The translations under genes and the position numbers were made by a program. Source: Verrucomicrobiota bacterium (GTDB lineage: Bacteria; Verrucomicrobiota; Verrucomicrobiia; Limisphaerales; UBA11358). From it: 64,000 nt of DNA. The stretch's first letter is position 1; every line of letters begins with the position of its first letter. The notes beneath the pieces are model-generated. The model saw only the letters and a program-made list of their open reading frames with translations. It had not been told where the DNA came from and made no database searches. The stretch lies in contig JBEKZM010000016.1 of assembly GCA_049509875.1 (NCBI GenBank), forward strand, positions 5,357-69,356, read 5' to 3'. Of the stretch, positions 42,960 through 52,060 are shown one piece after another.

Positions 42960-44077
42960 TACGCAAATTATCGATTGGCATTCTAATCGTTCTGGTGGTT
43001 CTCGGCGCCTTGGCGGCGGTCAAGGCTTTACAGATCAAGACCATGCTCGGCGCGGCCGCCATGTTTGCGCCGCCGCCTGAGACCATCGCCACCGCCGTGG
43101 TGCGGGAGGAGACCTGGCCGGACACGCTGACGGCCGTCGGCTCGGTCAGCGCCGCGCAAGGGGTGATGGTGTCGCCGGAGATCGCCGGCACCGTCAGCGA
43201 AATCGATTTTGAATCCGGCGCCGCGGTCAAGCAGGGCGACCTGCTGGTCCGGCTGGACACTTCGTCGGAGGAGGCCCAGCTCCGCGCCGCTCAAGCGCAG
43301 TCGGAATGGGCGAAAGTCACCGTGGACCGGCAGAAGAAATTGCAGAGCGACAAGACGGTTTCACAATCCGAGGTGGATCAGGCGGACGCAACCTGGAAAC
43401 AGGCCGTGGCCAACGCGGATAACATTCACGCGACCATTCAAAAGAAAACCATCCGCGCGCCCTTCACGGGAAAACTGGGTATCCGGCTGGTCAACCTGGG
43501 CGAACAGCTTGACGTGGGCAAAAGCATTGTCTCGCTGCAGTCGCTCTCGCCCGTGTACGTGGATTTTTCCCTCCCGCAGCAGGAGATTGCCAAGTTGCAA
43601 ACCGGCCTCCGGGTGCGCGCGGTGTCTGATGCCTATCCCACCAACGATTTTGAGGGTAAAATCACCGCCATCAACCCGGACCTGGACCTGGCCACCCGCA
43701 GCGTGCGGGTCCGCGCAAAATTCGAAAACACCGGCGAGTTGCTGCGCGCAGGAATGTTCGCCCGGGTCACCGTCATCCTGCCGAGGGAAATTCCGGTGCA
43801 GGTGATTCCCGCCACGGCGATTCTAAGCGCGCCCTATGGCGACTCCGTCTTCATTGTGGCACCGGTCCAGGTCGGCTCAACGAATCTCGTGGTCCATCAG
43901 GCGTTTGTGCGGACCGGCCGGGCGCGCGGTGATTTTGTGAGCGTGGAAAGCGGCCTCAAGGTGGGCGACCGCGTGGCGACTGCCGGCGTCTTCAAATTGC
44001 ACAACGGCGCCAGCGTCAGGGAAAACAACAGCCTGACGCCGGAGGCCTCGCAAACACCCACCCCGCCCAACAGCTAA
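42956..44077 (+). CDS. RND efflux periplasmic adaptor (membrane fusion protein)
   Basis: N-terminal TM anchor, a lipoyl/hairpin pattern (GVMVSPEIAGTVSEIDFESGAAVKQGDLLVRLD, TIRAPFTGKLG), and a beta-barrel/MP domain. Confidence 0.85.
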   Translation: MIRKLSIGILIVLVVLGALAAVKALQIKTMLGAAAMFAPPPETIATAVVREETWPDTLTAVGSVSAAQGVMVSPEIAGTVSEIDFESGAAVKQGDLLVRLDTSSEEAQLRAAQAQSEWAKVTVDRQKKLQSDKTVSQSEVDQADATWKQAVANADNIHATIQKKTIRAPFTGKLGIRLVNLGEQLDVGKSIVSLQSLSPVYVDFSLPQQEIAKLQTGLRVRAVSDAYPTNDFEGKITAINPDLDLATRSVRVRAKFENTGELLRAGMFARVTVILPREIPVQVIPATAILSAPYGDSVFIVAPVQVGSTNLVVHQAFVRTGRARGDFVSVESGLKVGDRVATAGVFKLHNGASVRENNSLTPEASQTPTPPNS

Positions 44078-44094
44078 CAAGGTAACCGGGACGC

Positions 44095-47000
44095 ATGAAA
44101 TCGTTTACCGATATTTTTATCCGCCGTCCAGTGCTGGCGGTGGTGGTCAGCCTGCTCATTTTGCTGGCCGGCCTGCAGGCCATTCGCTCGCTCAACGTAC
44201 GGCAATATCCGCTCAGCGAAAATGCGACGGTCACGGTGACGACCGTGTATGTGGGCGCCAGCGCGAATCTGGTGCGCGGCTTTGTCACCGAGCCGCTGGA
44301 ACGATCCATCGCGGCGGCCGACGGCATCGATTACATGGAATCGGCCAGCAAGCTGGGTCTGTCCACCATCACCGTGCATCTGCGGTTGAATTACGATTCC
44401 AAAAAGGCGTTGGGGGAAATCAGTTCGAAGGTGGATCAGATGCGCAACGACCTGCCGACGGAGGCGGAAATCCCAACACTGGCCATCGCCACGGCGGATT
44501 CGCAGTTTGCCTCCGCGTACTTGAGTTTCTCGTCGGACATTTTGGAAGCGAACCAGATCACGGACTATTTGACGCGGGTCGTACAGCCGCGCCTGACCGC
44601 ATTGCCCGGCGTGCAGAAGGCGGACATCCTGGGGGGCCGCACCTTCGCCATGCGCATCTGGCTCAAACCGGACCGGCTGGCCGCCTACAACATCAGCCCG
44701 AACGAAGTCCGGCAGGTGCTCGCCGCGAATAATTTTCTGTCCGCCGTGGGCCACACCAAAGGGTCACTGGTGGAGGTAAATTTGACTGCCAACACCGACT
44801 TGCGGTCGGTGGATGAATTCCAAAAGCTGGTGGTCCGCCAGACGGGCGACCAGTTGGTGCGTCTGGCCGACATTGCGGACGTGGTGCTGGGCGCCGAAGA
44901 TTACGACAGCGAAGTGCGTTTCAGCGGTGAGCGCGCGGTGTTCATGGGCGTGTGGGTGCTCCCCAACGCGAACTCCCTCGACGTCATCCGCGAGGTGCGC
45001 ACCGAGTTGACCGCCATCCAAAAGGACCTGCCCACCGGCCTGAGCGGGCGTATCGCTTATGACGCCACACAGTACATCTCCGACGCGCTGCACGAGGTCA
45101 TCAAAACGCTCGTGATGACCTTGATCATCGTGTCCGTGGTGATCTTTCTGTTCCTGGGCTCGTTCCGGTCGGTCCTGATTCCCCTGGTGGCGATTCCGCT
45201 GTCACTCATCGGCGCGGTGTTTTTGATGCAGGTTTTCGATTTTACGCTAAACCTGCTCACGCTGCTGGCCATCGTGCTGGCGGTGGGACTGGTGGTGGAC
45301 GACGCCATCGTGATCGTCGAAAACGTCGAGCGGCATGTGCGCGCGGGGAAGAAGCCATTCGAGGCGGCGATCCTGGGCGCGCGCGAACTGGTGGGGCCGG
45401 TCATCGCCATGACCATCACGCTGGCGGCCGTGTACGCGCCGATTGCGTTTCAAGGCGGGCTCACCGGGTCGCTCTTCCGCGAATTCGCGCTGACGCTGGC
45501 CGGTGCGGTTTTCATTTCTGGCATCGTGGCCCTGACATTGTCCCCGGTGATGTCGTCGGTGTTGTTGAGCCATGAGCGTGAAGATCATGGGCTGGCCGGC
45601 CGCATCAACCGGGGCTTCGACCGACTCAAGGCCTTTTATGGCCGCGTGCTGAGCTGGACGCTGGCACACCGGCCCATGGTCTATGCGGTCTGGATCGGGC
45701 TGACGCTGTTGACCATTCCGATGTTCCTCATGGCCTGGCAGGCCAAGGAACCGGCGCCCGCGGAAGATCAGGGAGTGATTTTTGGCGCGCTGGAGACGCC
45801 GCCGGATGCGTCGATCGAACAAGTGTTGTATTACGCCGATGCGGTGGAGCGCATCTTCGCCAAGGTGCCTGAGACCGAGCAGATTTTTCAACTGACGATG
45901 CCGGATTCGGGTTTCGGAGGCATGGTGGTCAAACCTTGGGGAGAACGCAAACGGACCGTGTTCCAGATTCTTCCGCTGGTACAGGCCCAGGTGAATCAGA
46001 TTCCCGGCATCCACACCTTCCTGCTCACGCCGTCGCCGCTGCCGACGGGCGCCGAGAACTTTCCGCTAAACCTGGTGCTCTCCGCCACGGCCGAGCCGGA
46101 GCAGATCCTGGAATTTGCGCAGAAGCTCCAGCAAAAATGCGCCACCAACGGGATGTTCGCCTTTCCGCCGCAAATTGACACCAAGGTGGACCAGCCGGAA
46201 GTCGGCCTGGTGATTGATCGCGACAAGGTGGCCGCGCTGGGAATGGACATGCAGAGCGTGGGTTCGGATCTGGCGGCCCTGGTGGGAGGCAATTACGTAA
46301 ACCGTTTCGACTTGGCGGGCCGCAGCTACAAGGTCATTCCCCAGCTCCAGCGCGGCTCGCGGCTGACGGCCGAACAACTGGAAAGCACCTACGTCCGCGG
46401 GCCGGCGAACCAGATGATTCCCGTGAGCACCTTTGCGCGGCTTGAAAGACACACCACGCCGCGGGCCCTGAACCGGTTCCAGCAGTTGAACTCCGTCAAG
46501 CTGAGCGGCGTGGCCATCGTGCCGCTGGAACAGGCGCTGACGTTCCTGGAAAGCGAATGCGCCAAAATGCTGCCCAGCGGCTACAAGCTGGATTATACCG
46601 GCGATTCGCGCTTCCAGCGCACCGAGGGCAACAAGTTTCTGCCCGCATTCATGCTGGCGGTCGTGCTCATCATCCTGGTGCTCGCGGCGCTCTTCAACAG
46701 CTTCCGCGATCCCTTCATCATCATTTTGGGTTCCGTGCCGCTGGCGATTTTCGGCGCGCTGATCTTCTGCTTCCTGAAAATGCCCAACCCGAATATTCCT
46801 TTTTGGACCAATGGCTGGACCACCACCATCAACATTTATTCCGAGGTGGGCCTCATCACGCTGGTGGGCTTGATCGCGAAAAACGGCATTTTGATTGTGG
46901 AATTTGCCAACCAGCTTCAGCGTCAGGGCCGGCCCAAGCTCGAGGCGGTGCATGAGGCCGCCATGCTGCGGCTGCGGCCCGTGCTGATGACCACCGTGGC

Positions 47001-47199
47001 CACGATCGCCGGCAATTTCCCGCTCACGCTGGTGACCGGGGCGGGGGCGGCGGCGCGCAACTCGATCGGCATTGTGCTCGTCAGCGGCATGACGATTGGC
47101 ACCTTTTTCACGTTGCTCGTGGTGCCCTCCATTTACATATTGATCGCCAAGGATCACAGTGCCGAAGCTTCGTTGCAAGCCGAACCGGGTGCTTTATGA
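44095..47199 (+). CDS. RND-family efflux transporter permease (AcrB/MdtBC-like)
   Basis: 1034 aa, starting MKSFTDIFIRRPVLAVVVSLLILLAGL. It has two large periplasmic loops and 12 TM segments, with VGLVVDDAIVIVENVERH in TM4 and LIAKNGILIVEFANQ. Confidence 0.9.
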   Translation: MKSFTDIFIRRPVLAVVVSLLILLAGLQAIRSLNVRQYPLSENATVTVTTVYVGASANLVRGFVTEPLERSIAAADGIDYMESASKLGLSTITVHLRLNYDSKKALGEISSKVDQMRNDLPTEAEIPTLAIATADSQFASAYLSFSSDILEANQITDYLTRVVQPRLTALPGVQKADILGGRTFAMRIWLKPDRLAAYNISPNEVRQVLAANNFLSAVGHTKGSLVEVNLTANTDLRSVDEFQKLVVRQTGDQLVRLADIADVVLGAEDYDSEVRFSGERAVFMGVWVLPNANSLDVIREVRTELTAIQKDLPTGLSGRIAYDATQYISDALHEVIKTLVMTLIIVSVVIFLFLGSFRSVLIPLVAIPLSLIGAVFLMQVFDFTLNLLTLLAIVLAVGLVVDDAIVIVENVERHVRAGKKPFEAAILGARELVGPVIAMTITLAAVYAPIAFQGGLTGSLFREFALTLAGAVFISGIVALTLSPVMSSVLLSHEREDHGLAGRINRGFDRLKAFYGRVLSWTLAHRPMVYAVWIGLTLLTIPMFLMAWQAKEPAPAEDQGVIFGALETPPDASIEQVLYYADAVERIFAKVPETEQIFQLTMPDSGFGGMVVKPWGERKRTVFQILPLVQAQVNQIPGIHTFLLTPSPLPTGAENFPLNLVLSATAEPEQILEFAQKLQQKCATNGMFAFPPQIDTKVDQPEVGLVIDRDKVAALGMDMQSVGSDLAALVGGNYVNRFDLAGRSYKVIPQLQRGSRLTAEQLESTYVRGPANQMIPVSTFARLERHTTPRALNRFQQLNSVKLSGVAIVPLEQALTFLESECAKMLPSGYKLDYTGDSRFQRTEGNKFLPAFMLAVVLIILVLAALFNSFRDPFIIILGSVPLAIFGALIFCFLKMPNPNIPFWTNGWTTTINIYSEVGLITLVGLIAKNGILIVEFANQLQRQGRPKLEAVHEAAMLRLRPVLMTTVATIAGNFPLTLVTGAGAAARNSIGIVLVSGMTIGTFFTLLVVPSIYILIAKDHSAEASLQAEPGAL

Positions 47200-48416
47200 G
47201 TGAAGAAAAGTCCGCCCCGGCACCGGCCGGCAGCGCCAACGGCCGCCCCAATTTTACGAGACCCAGGTTTGTCCTGCCGGGCGCCCTCGTGCTGGCCGTG
47301 CTGCTGTATTTTGGGATCGTTTACCTCGTCGTCTTCTTCACCCATGAGTCCACCGACGACGCGTTCATCGCGGGCCACATTACCGCCGTTGCCCCGCGGA
47401 TTTCCGGGCAGGTGGCCGCCGTGTACGTCAATGACAACCAGATGGTGCGTTCGAACGATCTGCTGGTGGACATCGACCCCGCGGACAGCGCCCTGACCGT
47501 GGCCCAAAAAGAAGCTGCCGCGGAATCGCAAAATGCCAACTACCGCACGATGTTCGCCGGGTACCAGTTGATGCAGACCAAGGTGGCCACCGCCGAGGCC
47601 GAGGCCCGCAAGTCGCAGGCCGATGCCGACGCCGCCCGGGCGAGCTCCCAGATCGCCGAGACCAATTTCGAGCGCGCCGCGGATTTACTGAAGCAGAAAA
47701 CCGTTTCGCAGCAGGAATTCGACAACCTGCAGTCGGCCGACACCCGGGCTCAAGCCGACCTTAAATCCGCGCTGGAAACGGTCGAGGAGGATGATTCCAA
47801 GGTGGAGGAGGCTGAACGCACCCTGGTGGCCGCGCGCGACGAGGCGACCATGGCCCTGGCGCAATGGACCGAATCGCAAACCAATATCGCGGTCGCCAAA
47901 TTGAATTTGTCGTACGCGAAAATCTTCGCGCCCACCGACGGGCGGATCACGCGCAAGGCGGTCGAGGTGGGTGACTATCTGCAGGGGGGCCAGCAGATCC
48001 TGTCGATCGTGCCGGCGGAGGTGTGGGTAGTGGCCAACTTCAAGGAGTCACAATTGAGGAAGATGCAGACCAACCAGCCGGTGAGCGTGGCCATCGATGC
48101 CCTGGGCGGACGGGAGTTCAAGGCGCACGTGGACAGCGTGCAGGCGGGCAGCGGCGCGCAGTTCAGCCTCTTGCCGCCGGAAAATGCCACCGGCAATTAT
48201 GTGAAAGTCATCCAGCGCGTGCCGGTAAAGATTGTGTTTGACGAGCCGCTGCCCGCCGGCCGTGTCATTGGCCCGGGGCTGTCGGTGACGCCCAGTGTGA
48301 CCATCAGCCAGTTCGTCCTGCCGGACTGGGCCAGCGTGCTGCTCGCCCTCGCCCTCGCCGGCGTGTCGGGGTCCATTGTCATCGCCGTTGGCGGACGCAA
48401 AGCCGGCGAGGCATAG
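47196..48416 (+). CDS. HlyD/EmrA-family membrane fusion protein
   Basis: N-terminal TM segment, the lipoyl motif ISGQVAAVYVNDNQMVRSNDLLVDID, a long coiled-coil, IFAPTDGRITRK, and the conserved FSLLPPENATGNYVKVIQRVPVKI. The start overlaps the RND gene's stop (ATGA). Confidence 0.85.
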   Translation: MSEEKSAPAPAGSANGRPNFTRPRFVLPGALVLAVLLYFGIVYLVVFFTHESTDDAFIAGHITAVAPRISGQVAAVYVNDNQMVRSNDLLVDIDPADSALTVAQKEAAAESQNANYRTMFAGYQLMQTKVATAEAEARKSQADADAARASSQIAETNFERAADLLKQKTVSQQEFDNLQSADTRAQADLKSALETVEEDDSKVEEAERTLVAARDEATMALAQWTESQTNIAVAKLNLSYAKIFAPTDGRITRKAVEVGDYLQGGQQILSIVPAEVWVVANFKESQLRKMQTNQPVSVAIDALGGREFKAHVDSVQAGSGAQFSLLPPENATGNYVKVIQRVPVKIVFDEPLPAGRVIGPGLSVTPSVTISQFVLPDWASVLLALALAGVSGSIVIAVGGRKAGEA

Positions 48417-48422
48417 TGTTCG

Positions 48423-49997
48423 ATGGCCGACGCCGCTCAACAAGTCTGGCATCCGCGCCATAACCCCTGGCTGATCACGGTCACGGTGATGATGGCGGTG
48501 TTTATGGAAGTTTTGGACACTTCCATCGCCAATATCGCCTTGCCCCACATCGCGGGCAGCCTCTCGGCCACGCCCGAGGAAGCCACGTGGATTCTGACCA
48601 GCTATCTGGTTGCGAACGCCATTGTGCTGCCGATGACCGGCTGGCTGGGAAATTATTTCGGGCGCAAACGGGTCCTGCTTTCGTGCATCGCGATGTTCAC
48701 GTTTTCGTCGGTGTTGTGCGGACTGGCGTGGGATCTGCCCACGCTGGTCATCGCGCGGATTCTGCAGGGCTTGGGCGGCGGCGCGATGGTGCCGATCGCG
48801 CAGTCCATCATGCTGGAGAGTTTTCCGATCCAAAAGCGCGGCGCGGCCATGGCGGTGTTCGCGCAGGGCGTTGTGGTGGCGCCCATCCTGGGCCCGACGC
48901 TGGGCGGCTGGATCACCGACAGCTATTCCTGGCGCTGGATTTTCTACATCAACGTGCCAGTGGGAATTCTCGCGGTGGTCCTGGCCAAATGGGTGGTCGA
49001 GGATCCGCCCTATATCAAGCGCAACGTCCAGGCGACGATTGATTATATCGGCTTCGCACTGCTGGCGGTGTGGCTCGCCACGATGCAGATCGTGCTGGAC
49101 AAGGGGCAGGAGGCCGACTGGCTCGGCGCGGAATGGGTGCGCTGGTTCACCTTGACCTCCGTTGTTTCCTTCTTCGGTTTCGTCTGGTGGGAGTTTCAAA
49201 CCGACCATCCGCTCGTTGATTTGCATGTTTTTAAAAACCGCAACTTCACCGTCGGCCTGATTTTAATGACCACGCTGGCGGCCATCCTTTACGGCACCAC
49301 CGCGCAATTGCCGCTGTTTCTGCAGACGCTGATGGGCTACCCCGCCTTGCAAGCCGGTTATGCCATGAGCCCGCGCGGTCTGGCGGCCTTTATAACCACC
49401 TTTTTTGTGGGGCGCCTGGTGGGCAAAATTCGCATGCGCTGGATGTTGTTCATCGGTTTTTCCACCCTGGCCTATTCGTCCTTCCTCCTCGCCCGCATCA
49501 ACCTGCAGGTCAGCCAGATCGACGTCATTTGGCCCAGCGTGGTCAACGGCATCGCCATCAGCTTTATTTTCGTGCCGCTGACGACGGCCACGATGAGCCA
49601 GCTTGGGCAGGCGCAGATTGGCAACGCCAGCGGCCTCTACAATCTCATGCGCAACCTGGGCGGCAGCATCGGCATCGCCTTCGTCACCACCATGCTTGCG
49701 CGCGGCGCGCAGGCGCATCAGGCGCTGATGGTCGGGCACCTCACGCCCACCGACCCCGCCCTGGCGCAGCGGCTGGCGGCGGGCAGGAGCATGTTGTCGC
49801 AGCACACGGACACGGTGACGGCCACGCGCCAGGCCTATGGCGCCGTCTATTCATTGCTGGACCAGCAGGCGCACTTGTGGGCGTTTGTGGACAACTTCTT
49901 TCTCTTTGGCGTGCTGGCGCTGGGCGCCGTGCCCTTGATATTCCTCTTCAAGCGCGTTCAACACGCCAAAGGGCCGCCGGCCGCGGCGGGGCACTGA
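48423..49997 (+). CDS. DHA2-family (EmrB/QacA-like) 14-TMS MFS efflux transporter
   Basis: LDTSIANIALPHIAGSL, the MFS motif A-like GWLGNYFGRKRVLL, ILQGLGGGAM and PILGPTLGGWITD. The length and hydrophobic pattern fit 14 TMS. Confidence 0.9.
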   Translation: MADAAQQVWHPRHNPWLITVTVMMAVFMEVLDTSIANIALPHIAGSLSATPEEATWILTSYLVANAIVLPMTGWLGNYFGRKRVLLSCIAMFTFSSVLCGLAWDLPTLVIARILQGLGGGAMVPIAQSIMLESFPIQKRGAAMAVFAQGVVVAPILGPTLGGWITDSYSWRWIFYINVPVGILAVVLAKWVVEDPPYIKRNVQATIDYIGFALLAVWLATMQIVLDKGQEADWLGAEWVRWFTLTSVVSFFGFVWWEFQTDHPLVDLHVFKNRNFTVGLILMTTLAAILYGTTAQLPLFLQTLMGYPALQAGYAMSPRGLAAFITTFFVGRLVGKIRMRWMLFIGFSTLAYSSFLLARINLQVSQIDVIWPSVVNGIAISFIFVPLTTATMSQLGQAQIGNASGLYNLMRNLGGSIGIAFVTTMLARGAQAHQALMVGHLTPTDPALAQRLAAGRSMLSQHTDTVTATRQAYGAVYSLLDQQAHLWAFVDNFFLFGVLALGAVPLIFLFKRVQHAKGPPAAAGH

Positions 49998-50048
49998 CAG
50001 GCGAAATCTTCAAACAATTGGCAATCGGTGCTGTCTAATGGATTGGAT

Positions 50049-50396
50049 ATGAAAACATCATGTTTGGTCAGAGGCATATTAATTGGAGCGAGCCTGCCAC
50101 TTTTCGCGGGCTGTGTGGAACGCGAGGTGGTTTATCGCAACGCGCCGGCTCCGGCCCCAGCTCCCGTGGTGGTGCAGGAGGTTCCGGCTCCGGCCCCGCA
50201 AACGGAGGTCGTTACGGTGGCACCGGGACCGCTGGATGTATGGTTATGGGTGCCCGGCGTTTGGGAATGGCAGGGCCGCTGGGTCTGGGTCGGCGGCCAC
50301 TGGGTTTCCCGTCCGCATCCCGGCGCCGTGTGGGTTGGCGCGCATTGGGAGGGGCACGGACCTCACCGCGTATGGATAACGGGCCACTGGCGCTAG
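50049..50396 (+). CDS. small lipoprotein with WxxGxW/YXWGXW-type Trp repeats
   Basis: The ATG at 50049 gives MKTSCLVRGILIGASLPLFAGC (lipobox). This is followed by a PAPAPAP linker and WLWVPGVWEWQGRWVWVGGHWVSRPHPGAVWVGAHWEGHGPHRVWITGHW. Confidence 0.6.
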   Translation: MKTSCLVRGILIGASLPLFAGCVEREVVYRNAPAPAPAPVVVQEVPAPAPQTEVVTVAPGPLDVWLWVPGVWEWQGRWVWVGGHWVSRPHPGAVWVGAHWEGHGPHRVWITGHWR

Positions 50397-50432
50397 GTGC
50401 TCTCGGAGTATTTTATTGCGTTTTGTTCGGAA

Positions 50433-51950
50433 TCACGTTGAAGCGCTCGAGACGGGCGCGCTCCAGGCGTTGATCCGGGCGAGCGCACGGGCCGTGATTT
50501 CACGGGCGCGCTCGTCGGTTTTCGCCTCGGCATAGCAGCGGAACTCCGGCGCATTGCCGGAGGGGCGGAGGTGAATGATTTCCCCGTTGGTAAAAACAAC
50601 TCTCAACCCATCGGTCCGGTTCACGCTGGCCACCGGACCGCAAATCCCGCCAAACATCTTTTCCAGCGCCGCCTTGTCGGCGGCTTCGGCGCCGGAACCA
50701 AAGCCGTCCAGAATCGCCCGGCTTTTTTCGGCTGGGAAATCCTTGAGGCGGTCGCTCGCGGTGAACCGCGGTGGCAGGCTGGCCGCCAGTTCGGAGATTT
50801 TTTTACGCTGCTGTTTGGCCAGCAACAGGATGCCGAGGATGACGATCACCGCGTCCCGCGTTGGCAGAGCCCGCAGTGTCTTCCCGCCCGTCGCGATGTC
50901 CGAGCCCAGCAGAAATCCGCCGTTGGCTTCGTAGCCCACCACCCGTTTGGCGCCGGCGGCGGCGGCTTCTGTCATCGCGGCCACCACGAACGGCGAGCCA
51001 ATCCGGGTGCGGCGGATTTCCCGGAACCAGCGGCATTTTTCCACGGCCGTGTTGCAGCTCACCGGCGTGCTGACGGAATCCGCCCCCAAAAATCTCGCGC
51101 ACAAGATGCCGGCGATGTCGCCGCGCAGCCAGGCGCCCTTCTCATCGCCCACCAAAGGACGGTCGCTGTCGCCGTCGGCGGAAACCAGGGCATCGAAATT
51201 GCCAGTCCGCGCCCAGTCCGCGGCGAGGCGCGCATCCTCCGGGCGGATCGCCTCGGTATCCACGGGGATGAACCGGTCCGACCGGCCCAGCGGCGTGACT
51301 TGGGCCCCCAGTTGCGAGAGGATCTTTGCCAAAACGTCGCGCCCAACGGCGGAATGTTGATAAACCCCGACCCGGAGGCCATGCAGGGCGTCGTGCGCAA
51401 AGAAATTGAGGTATCGCATGACGTAATTCTCGCCGGCTTCCGGGGAAACCGGATGCGGAGCCGCGCCGGGACTGGCAAATCGTCCGTTGGCGGTGAAACG
51501 CGAATCGTCCAAATCCACCCCCTGGCTGCTAATGCCCCGCTCGTCGGCCTTCAGGATTTCGCCCGCGCAGCGGTTGAACTTGATGCCGTTGCGATCATCG
51601 GGAATATGGCTGCCAGTCACCATCAGGGACGGAATTTTATTTTCCAGACCGAACAGTGCCAGCGCCGGCGACGGGACCTTTCCGCAATTGACCGGCCGAT
51701 AGCCCAGGTCCTCCGCGGCGCGGCAGGCCGCTTCCATAATGCGGTCGGTGCTGGGTCTGAAATCTCCTCCCACGGCCACTCGCTCACCGGCGTGCTTGAT
51801 CTCGCCGACGGACTCCAGGTATTGGAGAAATCCACGGGCATAGGCGTAGCAAACGAGATCGGTCATGGCCGTGGCCAGCCCGCGCGCGCCACTCGTGCCA
51901 AAGGCCACCCCGCTGCGATCCATGAGTTCTTGAATGGAGATTTTCATCAA
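50433..51950 (-). CDS. alpha-D-phosphohexomutase family protein (phosphomannomutase/phosphoglucomutase-like)
   Basis: GTSGARG, the active-site Ser loop MVTGSHIPDDRNGIKF and the metal-binding loop SADGDSDRP. The four-domain length (505 aa) fits the family. Confidence 0.85.
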   Translation of the reverse strand: MMKISIQELMDRSGVAFGTSGARGLATAMTDLVCYAYARGFLQYLESVGEIKHAGERVAVGGDFRPSTDRIMEAACRAAEDLGYRPVNCGKVPSPALALFGLENKIPSLMVTGSHIPDDRNGIKFNRCAGEILKADERGISSQGVDLDDSRFTANGRFASPGAAPHPVSPEAGENYVMRYLNFFAHDALHGLRVGVYQHSAVGRDVLAKILSQLGAQVTPLGRSDRFIPVDTEAIRPEDARLAADWARTGNFDALVSADGDSDRPLVGDEKGAWLRGDIAGILCARFLGADSVSTPVSCNTAVEKCRWFREIRRTRIGSPFVVAAMTEAAAAGAKRVVGYEANGGFLLGSDIATGGKTLRALPTRDAVIVILGILLLAKQQRKKISELAASLPPRFTASDRLKDFPAEKSRAILDGFGSGAEAADKAALEKMFGGICGPVASVNRTDGLRVVFTNGEIIHLRPSGNAPEFRCYAEAKTDERAREITARALARINAWSAPVSSAST

Positions 51951-52060
51951 TTATCCCGTGATTTGCATTGTGTCAAAGTATAGACCTCCGTGACACTTGT
52001 GCGAGGCTGAAATGCAATTGTGGCGGGGGACGGATGGCGAATGACGAAGGGGAGGACCCC

